A DNA stretch of 49,059 nucleotides from the NCBI GenBank assembly GCA_049517415.1, contig JBEKSC010000021.1, positions 1-49,059 on the forward strand, in the 5' to 3' direction. Shown piece after piece: positions 19,591 to 29,899 of the stretch. The stretch comes from Candidatus Bathyarchaeia archaeon. GTDB lineage: Archaea; Thermoproteota; Bathyarchaeia; 40CM-2-53-6. The first letter of the stretch is position 1. Every line of letters starts with the position of its first letter. The translations under genes were made by a program, and so were the position numbers. Below the pieces are notes generated by a model that did no database searches, had not been told where the DNA came from, and saw nothing but the letters and a program-made list of their open reading frames with translations.

Positions 19591-19815
19591 GACTAGATTT
19601 TCGAGGCCCGGGCACAGGTGCCGATGACTTGACCGGAGGGGTACAGTGGGGTACACTTTGCCACCTCCCTGGAGGGGGTCGACGCGATGGCGATGGTTCA
19701 TGGCACGAGTCGCTACCTGTGTGAATGGATGAAAACTCTCTAGTCCTGTGGGCGTAGAAAGTTCTCCGCGATTGGTAAGCCCGACGACCCACCGACCATT
19801 CTCGGTCGGGTGTGT
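19591..19815 (+). ncRNA. candidate structured non-coding RNA or inverted-repeat element
   Basis: Nested complementary arms 19591-19625 / 19709-19745, an internal hairpin at ~19635-19667, and a ccgacc/ggtcgg hairpin at ~19792-19809; no convincing ORF. Confidence 0.3.
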
Positions 19816-20221
19816 GAACGGACAATCTTCAGGAGCGGCCCCTTGAATGCGCCCTAGCGCGCTAATAGGTGATTGCCGCGTTCAACCCAACCAAGAAAAG
19901 AACGGCGGTGAAGAATCAGGATGCCAGTCTACGTTGGAAATAGACGTCCTCGATTCTTCTATTCTCATAGGCTGCTTCATGCATGATTTAACCTTCTTAG
20001 ATCCATAGTGACTAGAAACTGATCGAGACCGATGCAGTATGATGCGATTGCTTCAGCAAGGACTGAATACTCAAAAGTGAATACACGGAGCAAAAAGTCT
20101 CGGAAAAGTCTCGAATTGTGAAGTATGGAAGTCGCTCACAGAAGATATAGGTGATATATACACATGAGATATAGCTCGCCTCAAATGACATGCAAGGCCA
20201 GAAAACCAGTAGTTGTCGTAG

Positions 20222-21184
20222 TTGTTAGAGCAATACAGCTCTCTAAACGAGCACGGTCATCGTGAGAATAGTATCGAACAGACTATTGGAACAATTTTTG
20301 ATATAGTAAAATTCTCCACGCACGACGGCCCAGGAATCCGGACGGCCGTGTTCTTCAAGGGGTGTCCGCTTCATTGCTTGTGGTGCCACAACCCTGAGGG
20401 GCAGTTTTTAGTAGCACAACTCGTTTACCGGGAAGAGAGGTGCATCCGATGCTTCAGTTGCGTAGAAGCGTGCCCGAATCACGCCATCCAAATCCTGGAC
20501 GGAACTCCAACTCTTCTGAGAAATGCCTGTAGGCTTTCCGGTATGTGCGTTCGGGTGTGCCAGACGAAAGCTAGAGAGATAGCGGGGAGGCAGGTCAAAG
20601 TCTCCGACGTTATGGAAGAGGTGGAGAAGGACAATATCTTCTACGACGAATCTGGTGGCGGGGCCACCTTCTCCGGCGGCGAACCGTTCATGCAACCCAT
20701 CTTTCTTCAAAACCTACTTGAAGCCTGTAAGGAGAGAAGGATCCGTACCGCCGTGGAGACTTGCGGCTTCGTAAACCCCGAGACCCTGATGGCCAGCTGC
20801 CCGCACGTGGATTTGTATTTGTACGATTTGAAGGTCATAGATAACGAAACGCATCGTAGGTTCACCGGCGTCTCGAATGAAATAATTTTGAAGAACTTGC
20901 GGCAACTATCTCGCTCTCACGACGAGGTGATTGTTCGCTTTCCAGTTATCCCAGGCGTGAATGACGATGACGAGAACGTCCTTCGATTGGGCGAATTCGT
21001 GTCATCATTGGGAAGCGTGAAGGAAATTGATGTTCTTCCCTACCACGAACTTGGCGTTGAAAAATACAAGCGGCTCGGAATGATAAATAGGATGCCGGAA
21101 GTCGAGCTACCTTCCTCCTTGAGAGTGAGTGGGATAGTGGAGAAGTTGGAAGGTTTTGGCTTATTGGTTAAGGTGGGAGGTTGA
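20222..21184 (+). CDS. glycyl-radical enzyme activating protein (radical SAM with ferredoxin-like insert)
   Basis: HDGPGIRT, GCPLHCLWCHNPE, CIRCFSCVEACP and CRLSGMCVRVC inserts, SGGEP; adjacent to the GRE. Confidence 0.96.
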   Translation: MLEQYSSLNEHGHRENSIEQTIGTIFDIVKFSTHDGPGIRTAVFFKGCPLHCLWCHNPEGQFLVAQLVYREERCIRCFSCVEACPNHAIQILDGTPTLLRNACRLSGMCVRVCQTKAREIAGRQVKVSDVMEEVEKDNIFYDESGGGATFSGGEPFMQPIFLQNLLEACKERRIRTAVETCGFVNPETLMASCPHVDLYLYDLKVIDNETHRRFTGVSNEIILKNLRQLSRSHDEVIVRFPVIPGVNDDDENVLRLGEFVSSLGSVKEIDVLPYHELGVEKYKRLGMINRMPEVELPSSLRVSGIVEKLEGFGLLVKVGG

Positions 21185-21188
21185 CGAA

Positions 21189-23546
21189 ATGAATGAAAGA
21201 GTGACAAAACTTAGGCAACAAAGCTTGGATACGAAACCGAAGATCTCAAGTGAAAGAGCCGAATTAATGACCGAATTCTACGAGCACTCCTCAGAATCTT
21301 CCGCCCCAATCAGAAGAGCTCTCGCATTCAAGCACTTAATGGAAAACCAGACGATCTACATAGGCGACGAAGAGTTAATCGTGGGTGAAAGGGGCCCTGC
21401 CCCGAAGGCTACTCCTACATACCCGGAACTGTGCTGCCACAGCCTCAAGGATCTTCAAATTCTCAATGACCGAAAGAAAATTTCATTTGTCGTCGACGAC
21501 CAGACGCGAAAGTTCTACCAAGATAGGATTATTCCGTTTTGGCGAGGCCGAACCATCCGTGACATTCTCTTTTCGGAGATGTCGGAGGAGTGGAAAGCAG
21601 CATACGAGGCCGGCATCTACACCGAATTCATGGAACAACGCGCCCCCGGCCACACCGTTTTGGACGATAAGATCTACCGCAAAGGATTCCTAGACTTCAA
21701 AGCAGACATCGAGAATGCGAAACAAAAGCTCGATTACCATAACGACCCGGACGCTTACAGGAAACAGAAAGAGCTCGAGGCTATGTCCATTTGCTGTGAT
21801 GCCATTATCAGGTTTGCTGAACGCCACGCTGAGAAAGCGCGCGAGATGGCTCAGCATGAAACCAACCCTCAACGAAGAGAGGAACTGGAGAGAATTGCTG
21901 ACGTTTGCTCATATGTTCCCGCGCATTCGCCACGTGACTTCTGCGAGGCATTGCAGGCTTACTGGTTCGTTCACTTAGGCGTAATCACGGAACTCAACAC
22001 GTGGGATTCTTTCTGCCCCGGCCACCTTGACCAGCACCTGTTCCCGTTCTACAAGCACGGGCTCGAAGATGGCACACTAACGAGAGACAAGGCGAAGGAA
22101 CTCTTGGAATGTTTCTGGGTTAAGTTCAACAATCAACCCGCGCCGCCAAAAGTAGGCGTAACTGCGGAGGAGAGTGCCACGTACACGGACTTCGCAAACA
22201 TCAACGTCGGCGGCCTAAGGCCGGACGGTTCCGATGGAGTGAACGAACTCAGCTACTTGATCCTTGATGTAATTGATGAGATGAGACTTGTACAACCCTC
22301 TTCCAACATCCAACTAAGCAAGAAAAGCCCCGACCGTTTTCTAAAGAGGGGATGCGAGATTATTAGAAAGGGATGGGGCCAACCTTCGATATTCAATACT
22401 GACCTAATCGTCGACGAACTGGTCCGCCAAGGTAAAGCCGTTGAAGATGCGCGGTCAGGAGGCATAAGCGGCTGCGTTGAGACGGGCTGCTTTGGCAAGG
22501 AAGCTTACATACTAACCGGGTACCTGAATCTGCCAAAGATATTGGAAATTGCCCTACACAAGGGAGTGGATCCGCGCACGGGCAAGAAGATAGGGTCAAC
22601 CACCGGCGACCCTGCTGAGTTCAAGTCTTTCGACGAAGTCTTCGAAGCCTTCACTAAACAATTGAAACATTTCGTTGATATCAAGGTTAAGGGTAGCAAT
22701 ATTATCGAAAGATTATTCGCCACGCAAATGCCCGCCCCATTTCTATCAACGCTAATCGATGATTGCATCAAGAACGGCAGAGATTACAACGACGGCGGCC
22801 CACGTTACAATACAACTTACATAATGCCCGTTGGAATTGGCACGTTAACCGACAGCCTAGCCGCCGTCAAAGATCATGTTTTCGATGAAAAGCACTTGAG
22901 TATGGAGCAGATGCTGAAGACGCTCGATGATAATTTTGAAGGACATGAAGTAATCCGGCAAATGCTCTGGAATAGGACGCCGAAGTACGGAAACGACGAC
23001 GACTACCCTGACGCCTTATTGAGGGCCTCATTCGATTCATTGTACCGCGTGATTAGCGGCCGAAAGAACACGAAGGGAGGATTCTATGCAGTCAACTACC
23101 TTTCCACAACCTGCCACATCTACTTCGGCTCAGTTGTGGGTGCAACTCCCGACGGAAGACGTGCGCATGAGCCATTATCCGAAGGAGTTTCACCCGTGCA
23201 AGGAGCTGATACACATGGGCCTACAGCCGTGATAAAGTCGGTTGCCAAGATGGACCAGGTCCGCGCGGGTGGAACGCTACTAAACCAGAAATTCTCTCCA
23301 TCACTCCTAGAAGGCGAATTGGGTATTGACAACCTGGCACACCTAGTGCGATCTTATTTTAAGTTGGATGGCCACCACGTCCAAATGAATGTCGTCACGG
23401 CGGAAACTCTACGTGCAGCACAGGCGAACCCTGAGAAATATCGGGACTTGATCGTTCGAGTGGCAGGTTACAGCGATTACTTCTGCGACCTCGGCAAGAC
23501 ATTGCAAGACGAGATTATTGCTCGGACAGAACACAAGTCCTTCTAG
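21189..23546 (+). CDS. hypD: trans-4-hydroxy-L-proline dehydratase-type glycyl radical enzyme
   Basis: HypD-like segments TYPELCCH, TEFMEQRAPGH, WDSF, ESATYTDFAN, SGCVE (catalytic Cys/Glu), TTCH and RVAGYS glycyl loop; ATG 4 nt after the activase stop. Confidence 0.88.
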   Translation: MNERVTKLRQQSLDTKPKISSERAELMTEFYEHSSESSAPIRRALAFKHLMENQTIYIGDEELIVGERGPAPKATPTYPELCCHSLKDLQILNDRKKISFVVDDQTRKFYQDRIIPFWRGRTIRDILFSEMSEEWKAAYEAGIYTEFMEQRAPGHTVLDDKIYRKGFLDFKADIENAKQKLDYHNDPDAYRKQKELEAMSICCDAIIRFAERHAEKAREMAQHETNPQRREELERIADVCSYVPAHSPRDFCEALQAYWFVHLGVITELNTWDSFCPGHLDQHLFPFYKHGLEDGTLTRDKAKELLECFWVKFNNQPAPPKVGVTAEESATYTDFANINVGGLRPDGSDGVNELSYLILDVIDEMRLVQPSSNIQLSKKSPDRFLKRGCEIIRKGWGQPSIFNTDLIVDELVRQGKAVEDARSGGISGCVETGCFGKEAYILTGYLNLPKILEIALHKGVDPRTGKKIGSTTGDPAEFKSFDEVFEAFTKQLKHFVDIKVKGSNIIERLFATQMPAPFLSTLIDDCIKNGRDYNDGGPRYNTTYIMPVGIGTLTDSLAAVKDHVFDEKHLSMEQMLKTLDDNFEGHEVIRQMLWNRTPKYGNDDDYPDALLRASFDSLYRVISGRKNTKGGFYAVNYLSTTCHIYFGSVVGATPDGRRAHEPLSEGVSPVQGADTHGPTAVIKSVAKMDQVRAGGTLLNQKFSPSLLEGELGIDNLAHLVRSYFKLDGHHVQMNVVTAETLRAAQANPEKYRDLIVRVAGYSDYFCDLGKTLQDEIIARTEHKSF

Positions 23547-23692
23547 TAGACTCACCTATGAAAAGCCTGGTTCTGCTCTATGATGATAGCCTTGCGAAGT
23601 TCTTTTGGCAACGCTATGATGTTTGGAGTAAATTTGTTCATGGAGGCAATGATTCTCCTGAGAGATAATTGGCTAGGCCTATGAGCTGATCG

Positions 23693-24904
23693 GTGGGAAT
23701 CAAGTTGAATGTTCTATCTGTATTTCAGAAACGTGCTGGTAGGATTCGAGAATACCTTGCTGAGAGGGATCTGAAGGCGTTGGCGGTTCTGGGTAGCGTA
23801 AACACTATCTATGTTTCCGGATTCCAACTGGATGTCGAGCCTTGGGAGAGGCCCGTCGTCACACTGATACCCCTCGACTCTGATCCGTTGATCATACTCA
23901 ACGAACTCTCCATAAACCACTACCAATACGGTCTCGAGAAGAAAGAACATTGGATCGAAGACGTGAGGTATTACGATGAACACCCACGTCTCACGAAGCG
24001 GCGCTACTACACTGTGGAGATACCATTGCTCCTGAGCGAAGCGCTGGAAGAAAGAAAATTAACCAGAGGCCGCGTTGGCGTTGACAGCTCCTTATCTGCT
24101 TTCGAACGGTGGGTGCGGCCTCGCTTGCCAGACCTCCAAGCTGTCGACGCGAGCATGCTCTTGAGAGAGATGAGGGTCGTCAAGGATGATTATGAGCTTG
24201 ACCTCATGAGGAAGGCTGCGGGACTCACGAATTTCGGTCAAGACAAGATGGGAAAGGCGATAAAGGTCGGAAAAAGTCATGTAGGGATCGGACATGAGGT
24301 TGCTTACGCAATGGCCTTGGAGGCGGCTGAAAGATATCCGTCTAACTACTCACTTGAGATCGAGACAATTGGATTTACTGGGACGGGCCCAGAAGGAGCG
24401 GGCCCGCATGGTTGGCGTATGCCTACTGGTAGAAAGATTCAGAAAGGAGACTCCTTACCAAGCGTCGTGGCTGTAAGACTCAACAAGTATTGTGTTGAGA
24501 ATGAGCGAACATACTTCCTTGGAAAACCTACAGAAAAACAGAAACAACTCTTTGAAGCTGTCACAGAAGCCCAAGAGAAAGCCATAGCGGTGTGCGTCGC
24601 CGGAAACAAGGTTTCGGACATTGACGCGGCTGCGCTGAAGGTGATTGAAGCTGCAGGTTTCGGGGACTATGTATATCACCGCAGTGGACACGGGATAGGT
24701 CTCGAAGGCCACGAGTACTGGGATGATATGGCATTCAACCATAGAATCATGAAGACAGGAATGGTTACGTCCGTGGAACCGGCGCTTTTCGTCTACGGCC
24801 TGGGTGGCTTTAGGCACTCCGATACCGTAATCATTGGAAAAGACAAACCCGAAATAATAACAAAGACTACGAAGCGATTGGAAGAACTAACTATCCCCGC
24901 ATAA
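23693..24904 (+). CDS. M24/creatinase-fold hydrolase, probably metal-independent
   Basis: Creatinase-like N-domain, RVVKDDYE, GHGIGLEGHE, VEP; canonical Asp/Asp/Glu ligand positions altered (SVVAV, VENERT, RHSD). Confidence 0.85.
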   Translation: MGIKLNVLSVFQKRAGRIREYLAERDLKALAVLGSVNTIYVSGFQLDVEPWERPVVTLIPLDSDPLIILNELSINHYQYGLEKKEHWIEDVRYYDEHPRLTKRRYYTVEIPLLLSEALEERKLTRGRVGVDSSLSAFERWVRPRLPDLQAVDASMLLREMRVVKDDYELDLMRKAAGLTNFGQDKMGKAIKVGKSHVGIGHEVAYAMALEAAERYPSNYSLEIETIGFTGTGPEGAGPHGWRMPTGRKIQKGDSLPSVVAVRLNKYCVENERTYFLGKPTEKQKQLFEAVTEAQEKAIAVCVAGNKVSDIDAAALKVIEAAGFGDYVYHRSGHGIGLEGHEYWDDMAFNHRIMKTGMVTSVEPALFVYGLGGFRHSDTVIIGKDKPEIITKTTKRLEELTIPA

Positions 24905-25218
24905 CGGCGAAGCACAACCAACAGATTCGAAATCGAATGGTGAACTCGGCCCAGCAGTATGTGGAAATTCGATCAGCGGCCTACAGCCTTCAAAGCCGGA
25001 ATCCTGTAGGCTTGCCAAACCTTTTCTAGATCCATGATGGATCGACGCGCGTTCACACCCATTTCTCCGACTTAGCTTCTCTTGGATTAGCCAAAGGAGT
25101 TCTCATTCAGCTGAAGCATATAGCGCCTACGACGGAATGAGAAAATATCTCGGGTGAACGAGAGCAAGCCCAAACGGTTATATACGTTACCTTCTCACGC
25201 AGCACTCAGAGCATAATT

Positions 25219-26373
25219 TTGGACCCTGACATCACTCAGGAAGAATATCAAGACCGACTATCGAAGGCTCAGCGACTACTCAAACAATACGGGCTGGATG
25301 GTCTACTCCTAACTCAGTGGGAAAACATCTACTATATGACAGGCTTCATGGGCACCGAGGCCCAGTGTTGCAGGGATACGCCTCACGCCGTGATCGTGAG
25401 AAGAGACGGAGATGCGGTGCTGATCATACCCGAGTACAAGCGCCCAGCGGCTGAGAGCGCCGTTTGGACCAAGGAGCTTCGCGGATACAATCCACTGAAG
25501 GAATTCGGGAACACGCTCATCAAGACTTTTGCGGAGCTTGGGCTGAAGAGTGCGAAGATAGGGACCGAGCTAGGTGATTCCGTACGCATGACCTGCGTTC
25601 CCGTTCACTCATACCTCGATCTCATCAATGCAATAGGCAACGACTTCGTGGATGGGGCCGAACTCATCTGGAAACTCCGAATGGTCAAATCCAAGAGCGA
25701 ATTGGATCGAATAAGAATCGCAGCGGAGGCCGCCAGTCGTGCTGCTGACAGAGCTTTTGGCGAAATCAGCGATGGCATGACTGAGAGAGAATTTGCACAC
25801 ATAATCGGTCTTCGCATGATGGAAGAAGGCGCCTCCCGCCCGCATATAATCGTGTGTACGAGCGGTGACAAATTCCGCAGCGGTGTCGTTGGCGACTTTG
25901 CCGGCGGACGAAAGATACGCCGAGGTGAGTACGTTGATATCGACTTTCTTGCCCTCTACAGACATTACGTTTGCGATCTCCATCGCGTCGCGTTCTTCGG
26001 AGGGCAACCGCCAAAGTCTGAAATCGATCACTATCAGTTGTACATCGACGCGAACAAGAAGGGTGCGGAAGCACTGCGGCCAGGCGTAACTGCAAGTGAC
26101 GTGTACAAGGCAGAGGCTGAGGTCTTTGAGGAGGCCGGAATGAGAGTCGAAAGTTTCTTGCTCGGCCATGGGATAGGCTTGGAAGCACGTGAGCCTCCAA
26201 TTATTGCTCGTGACAACACAACGGTCTTGGAGTCAGGCATGGTATTCTCTATCGAGCCTCAAGGAATACCGAACGCTCAAGGAGTTGCGTTCAACTGTGA
26301 AGATAACGTCGCCGTAACGGAGACAGGTCACGAGCTGCTCTCGACCATTAGCCGAGAGCTTAGGATCGTATAG
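25219..26373 (+). CDS. M24 family (Xaa-Pro peptidase-like) metallohydrolase
   Basis: RMVKSKSE, IDF...CDLHR, GHGIG, SIEP and CEDN retain the D-D-H-E-E ligand set. Confidence 0.88.
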   Translation: MDPDITQEEYQDRLSKAQRLLKQYGLDGLLLTQWENIYYMTGFMGTEAQCCRDTPHAVIVRRDGDAVLIIPEYKRPAAESAVWTKELRGYNPLKEFGNTLIKTFAELGLKSAKIGTELGDSVRMTCVPVHSYLDLINAIGNDFVDGAELIWKLRMVKSKSELDRIRIAAEAASRAADRAFGEISDGMTEREFAHIIGLRMMEEGASRPHIIVCTSGDKFRSGVVGDFAGGRKIRRGEYVDIDFLALYRHYVCDLHRVAFFGGQPPKSEIDHYQLYIDANKKGAEALRPGVTASDVYKAEAEVFEEAGMRVESFLLGHGIGLEAREPPIIARDNTTVLESGMVFSIEPQGIPNAQGVAFNCEDNVAVTETGHELLSTISRELRIV

Positions 26374-26701
26374 GCCCCTGGAGAAGTCGAATTGACTTCG
26401 ACTTGACAGGAAGCAAACGCGCTTCATTCCTTGCTGAGCAATATGTCAGCGAGGCCAACACAGGAGCCATCGTCGGTTTCTTATCCGTTGGGAGGCGAAT
26501 ACATACCGTACTGAGTGACGCTCTCGGCAACGGCTCCGAAAACCTCCACGAGATCTGGAGATCTGATGTCACAAATGTCCTCTGTAATGCAACGAGCTGG
26601 GCTATGCTCAGGGGCCGAACCTTCCAAAATTCTCTTTGAGCTTGCTTCGTCAAGTATGGTGTTGAAAGCCAGTGTTGTCGTGAAATTCTTACGAAATCTT
26701 G

Positions 26702-27700
26702 CTACATATGTCCCTTAAGTATGTCTTCTGCGAAGTGACAGGCTACAAAATGCCCTTTCCTTATCTCTCGTAATTCGGGATAAACCTCTTGACAGACCTT
26801 CTGCCTAAAGACGCATCTTGCATAAAATCTGCACCCGACGGGCAGACTGCTCAAATCAATTCCAGCGTCTACGACGTTTTCCAGTTCTGCTGAAGCGGGA
26901 AGCTTAACATTTGTGTCCACCACAGACATTGCTGATAGGAGCGTCATGGTGTAAGGATGAGATGGAAACTGAAACAATTCCTCGGTAACGGCCAACTCCA
27001 CTAGTCGGCCAAAGTACATCACGGCGACTTGCGTCGCAATATTCTTGACGAGTACTAGATTGTGTGAGATGAACATGTAGGTCAACGAGAGCTTCCTCTG
27101 CAATTCGGTCAGGAGATTCAATGTCTTTGCCTGCACTGAAACATCTAATGCGGAAGTAGGCTCGTCCAATACCAAGATGCGCGGGTTAAGAGCCAGAGCG
27201 CGCGCGAGCCCAACTCGCTGTTTTTCGCCTCCGCTTAGACCGTATGGGTACCGATGCAGGTAATCTTCTGAAAGTTGAACGAGCAGTAGAAGTTCAGTAG
27301 CTCGCGCAAGCCTTTCAGATTTATTCCCTATTCGGTGAATCTCAAGAGGAGCCGTTACAATCTCTTTGACCCGTTTTCTGGGATTCAGAGAAGATGTGGG
27401 ATCTTGAAACACCATTTGCATGTTGCGCCTAACTGACTTTAGTTCACTTTGGGACAGATTTGTTACGTCTTGGCCTTCTAGGCAGATAGTTCCAGACGTG
27501 GGATCGTAAAGCCTAACAATAGTTTTGCCTACTGTTGTCTTTCCGGAACCTGATTCTCCAACTAAAGCGAAAGTTTCACCTTTTCTTATTCTGAAAGAAA
27601 CGCCGTCGACAGCCTTGATCTCTCCGACCTTCTTACGGAGGATTCCCCCGTAAAGAGGAAAGTACTTCTTCAGATCTTCAACGACGAGAGCCTCGCTCAA
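26702..27700 (-). CDS. dppF: dipeptide/oligopeptide ABC transporter ATP-binding subunit
   Basis: [30 protein letters not shown]-terminal GCRF..RC..C..ACH. Confidence 0.92.
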   Translation of the reverse strand: MSEALVVEDLKKYFPLYGGILRKKVGEIKAVDGVSFRIRKGETFALVGESGSGKTTVGKTIVRLYDPTSGTICLEGQDVTNLSQSELKSVRRNMQMVFQDPTSSLNPRKRVKEIVTAPLEIHRIGNKSERLARATELLLLVQLSEDYLHRYPYGLSGGEKQRVGLARALALNPRILVLDEPTSALDVSVQAKTLNLLTELQRKLSLTYMFISHNLVLVKNIATQVAVMYFGRLVELAVTEELFQFPSHPYTMTLLSAMSVVDTNVKLPASAELENVVDAGIDLSSLPVGCRFYARCVFRQKVCQEVYPELREIRKGHFVACHFAEDILKGHM

Positions 27701-28743
27701 ATCTTACGATCACTCGAGTAGAGGTAACATTCGGTAAAGTGACTCGGGCGGACCTCAATCATTTCGGGTTTGGTTTTCTCGCAGATGGGCATTCTATGGT
27801 CGCATCTCGGATTAAATCTGCACCCGCTCGGCGGATTAACATAGTCAGGGATCATCCCAGGGATGCCATCGCCCATATTCCCCTGCAACCTTGGGAGTGC
27901 CCTAAGCAGACCTACAGTATAAGGGTGAAGAGGTTCTTGGAACACGTCTTTGGCATTTCCAAATTCTACGATTCGTCCTGCATACATTATTGCAATCTTG
28001 TCCGCAACCTTTAGTGCTGTTGCCAAGTCGTGAGTGATGTATAATGTTGAGAGATGTTCTGATTTTATCTTCTCTTTAAGCAGGTCTATTATCTTGTCTT
28101 GAACAGTCGAATCCAATGCTGTCCCGGGTTCGTCCGCGATGAGAAGTTTAGGTTGGCCCAGTAGCGCCATCGCAATGAGCACTCGCTGCCTCATGCCGCC
28201 GCTCAGTTCTATTGGATAGCGTTTGAGTATAAGTTCTGGTGAAGCTATTCTCATGCTGTTTAATATAGCCAAGGCCTTTTCCTTTGATTCTTTCCTGATC
28301 TTCTTGTCTCCGTCGAGAGCCAACCAACTCTTAAGCTCCACTTTGCGGCTCTGCCACAACATCAATGTTAGGATTTGATCCTCAATCGTGTAAACAGGGT
28401 TGAGTGATAACATTGGATCTTGGGGTACTAGGGCGATCTCTTTGCCTCTGATCCGTTGAAGGTCCGCATCTTGCACCTGCAGAAGATCTTTTCCTTTGAA
28501 AAAGACCTCACCGGAGATTATTTTTCCTGGAGGGCTAGGAATGAGTCTGAGAATTGCTTTTGCTATCAGAGACTTTCCGCAACCGGTTTCTCCTGCTAGA
28601 ACAACGGTTTCTCCGTTGTTAATGGTCAGATTAGCTCCATCAACGACTTTTGACACGCCGCGAAAAGTGGAGAACTCGAGCCTCAAGTCGCGAACCTCAA
28701 GAAGAGGAGCTTCCATGCAGGAAAACTTCCGGGGTTCCATCAT
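27697..28743 (-). CDS. dppD: dipeptide/oligopeptide ABC transporter ATP-binding subunit
   Basis: GETGCGKS, LSGGMRQR, ADEPGTALD, HPYT, GCRFNPRC; 4-nt overlap with dppF. Confidence 0.92.
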   Translation of the reverse strand: MMEPRKFSCMEAPLLEVRDLRLEFSTFRGVSKVVDGANLTINNGETVVLAGETGCGKSLIAKAILRLIPSPPGKIISGEVFFKGKDLLQVQDADLQRIRGKEIALVPQDPMLSLNPVYTIEDQILTLMLWQSRKVELKSWLALDGDKKIRKESKEKALAILNSMRIASPELILKRYPIELSGGMRQRVLIAMALLGQPKLLIADEPGTALDSTVQDKIIDLLKEKIKSEHLSTLYITHDLATALKVADKIAIMYAGRIVEFGNAKDVFQEPLHPYTVGLLRALPRLQGNMGDGIPGMIPDYVNPPSGCRFNPRCDHRMPICEKTKPEMIEVRPSHFTECYLYSSDRKI

Positions 28744-28855
28744 AAATAGTTCCTGTGTTAAATAGTTGTCATCTTGGCTCGGTTGCTACTAATGGAACTT
28801 GGATGAATTATGTTTAAATCAGACTTTGTTGGTCGACTTGAAAGAGCTTTGACGA

Positions 28856-29893
28856 ATGGTTGAAGAAGGAAGTCTAAGATCGTACATCGTGCGTCGAACC
28901 CTGCTGATTCTTCCGACGCTCTTCGGATTGGTAGTACTGGTTTTCGTAATCTCCCGGCTTCTGCCAGGAGACGTAGCTCAGCGAGTACTCGGTCCCCTCG
29001 CATCAGCCCAAGCACTTGCAAATTTCAGACATCAGTATGGCTTGGACCTGCCTATCCCCGTTCAATTCTATCGTTATCTGGTAGGGTTGATGAGTGGCGA
29101 CTTGGGGACCTCGTTTAGGACTTCGAGGCCGGTCCTGGTTGACATTGAGGAGTTTTTCCCTGCCACGATCGAATTAACTACGGCGGCCATGATCATCGCG
29201 GTAATCTTGGGCGTCGCGATCGGGACGGTGGGCGCTACAAGCGGAAGAAAGTACGCGGACGCTGTTAGCAGGCTCTTCTCGGTTTATGCAGTTTCGCTTC
29301 CAGAATGGTGGACAGGCATAATAGCTCAACTCGCCCTAGCATTTGATCTGGGCATCTTCCCGCCCACCGGAAGGCTCGATTACGAGGTGATAGGCACTCC
29401 TGTTCGCATTACTGGACTGTACGTGGTGGATAGCATCTTGACGCTGAACGGTCCAGCATTGGTAAATAGCCTTTGGCACCTTGCATTACCCGCGCTGGTC
29501 CTATCGCTCGGAGCGATGGCGCAAATTGCCAGAATGACCCGGTCGAGTTTACTTGAGCAGTCAGCCAAAGATTATGTCACATTCCAAAGAGCGAACGGCA
29601 TGCCTAGCAGAATAGTGACATACAAGTACATGCTCAAATGCGCGTTTTCTTCTGTGCTCACGATCATTGGCCTGACGTATGGCTTTCTCCTAGGTGGAGA
29701 TTTCTTGGTCGAGTCAGTCTTCGGATGGCCTGGGTTGGGATACTATGGTGTGCAAGCGCTTCTGTACAAGGATATCGACGCGGTCGTAGGCGTGGTACTT
29801 ACAATAGGCGTAAGCTTCGCAATCGTCAACCTTGTCGTTGACCTACTGTACGGAATGCTGGATCCACGAGTAAGGTATGGAAAGGCTAAGTGA
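28856..29893 (+). CDS. dppB: dipeptide/oligopeptide ABC transporter permease
   Basis: LPGD, GLDLP, GDLGTS, PATIEL, VESVFGWPGLG, LDPRVR. Confidence 0.92.
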   Translation: MVEEGSLRSYIVRRTLLILPTLFGLVVLVFVISRLLPGDVAQRVLGPLASAQALANFRHQYGLDLPIPVQFYRYLVGLMSGDLGTSFRTSRPVLVDIEEFFPATIELTTAAMIIAVILGVAIGTVGATSGRKYADAVSRLFSVYAVSLPEWWTGIIAQLALAFDLGIFPPTGRLDYEVIGTPVRITGLYVVDSILTLNGPALVNSLWHLALPALVLSLGAMAQIARMTRSSLLEQSAKDYVTFQRANGMPSRIVTYKYMLKCAFSSVLTIIGLTYGFLLGGDFLVESVFGWPGLGYYGVQALLYKDIDAVVGVVLTIGVSFAIVNLVVDLLYGMLDPRVRYGKAK

Positions 29894-29899
29894 AGAGAG

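Noticed and set aside
21156..21188. Track start of the GRE overlapping the activase
   Set aside because: ATG 21189 has a GGAGG RBS and gives a HypD-like N-terminus
21189..23546. Pyruvate formate-lyase or choline TMA-lyase call for the GRE
   Set aside because: Single-Cys SGCVE loop (PFL has a Cys-Cys pair) and HypD-like pocket segments
26360..26718. Small overlapping ORFs between the M24 gene and dppF
   Set aside because: No recognisable motif in any frame; left unannotated
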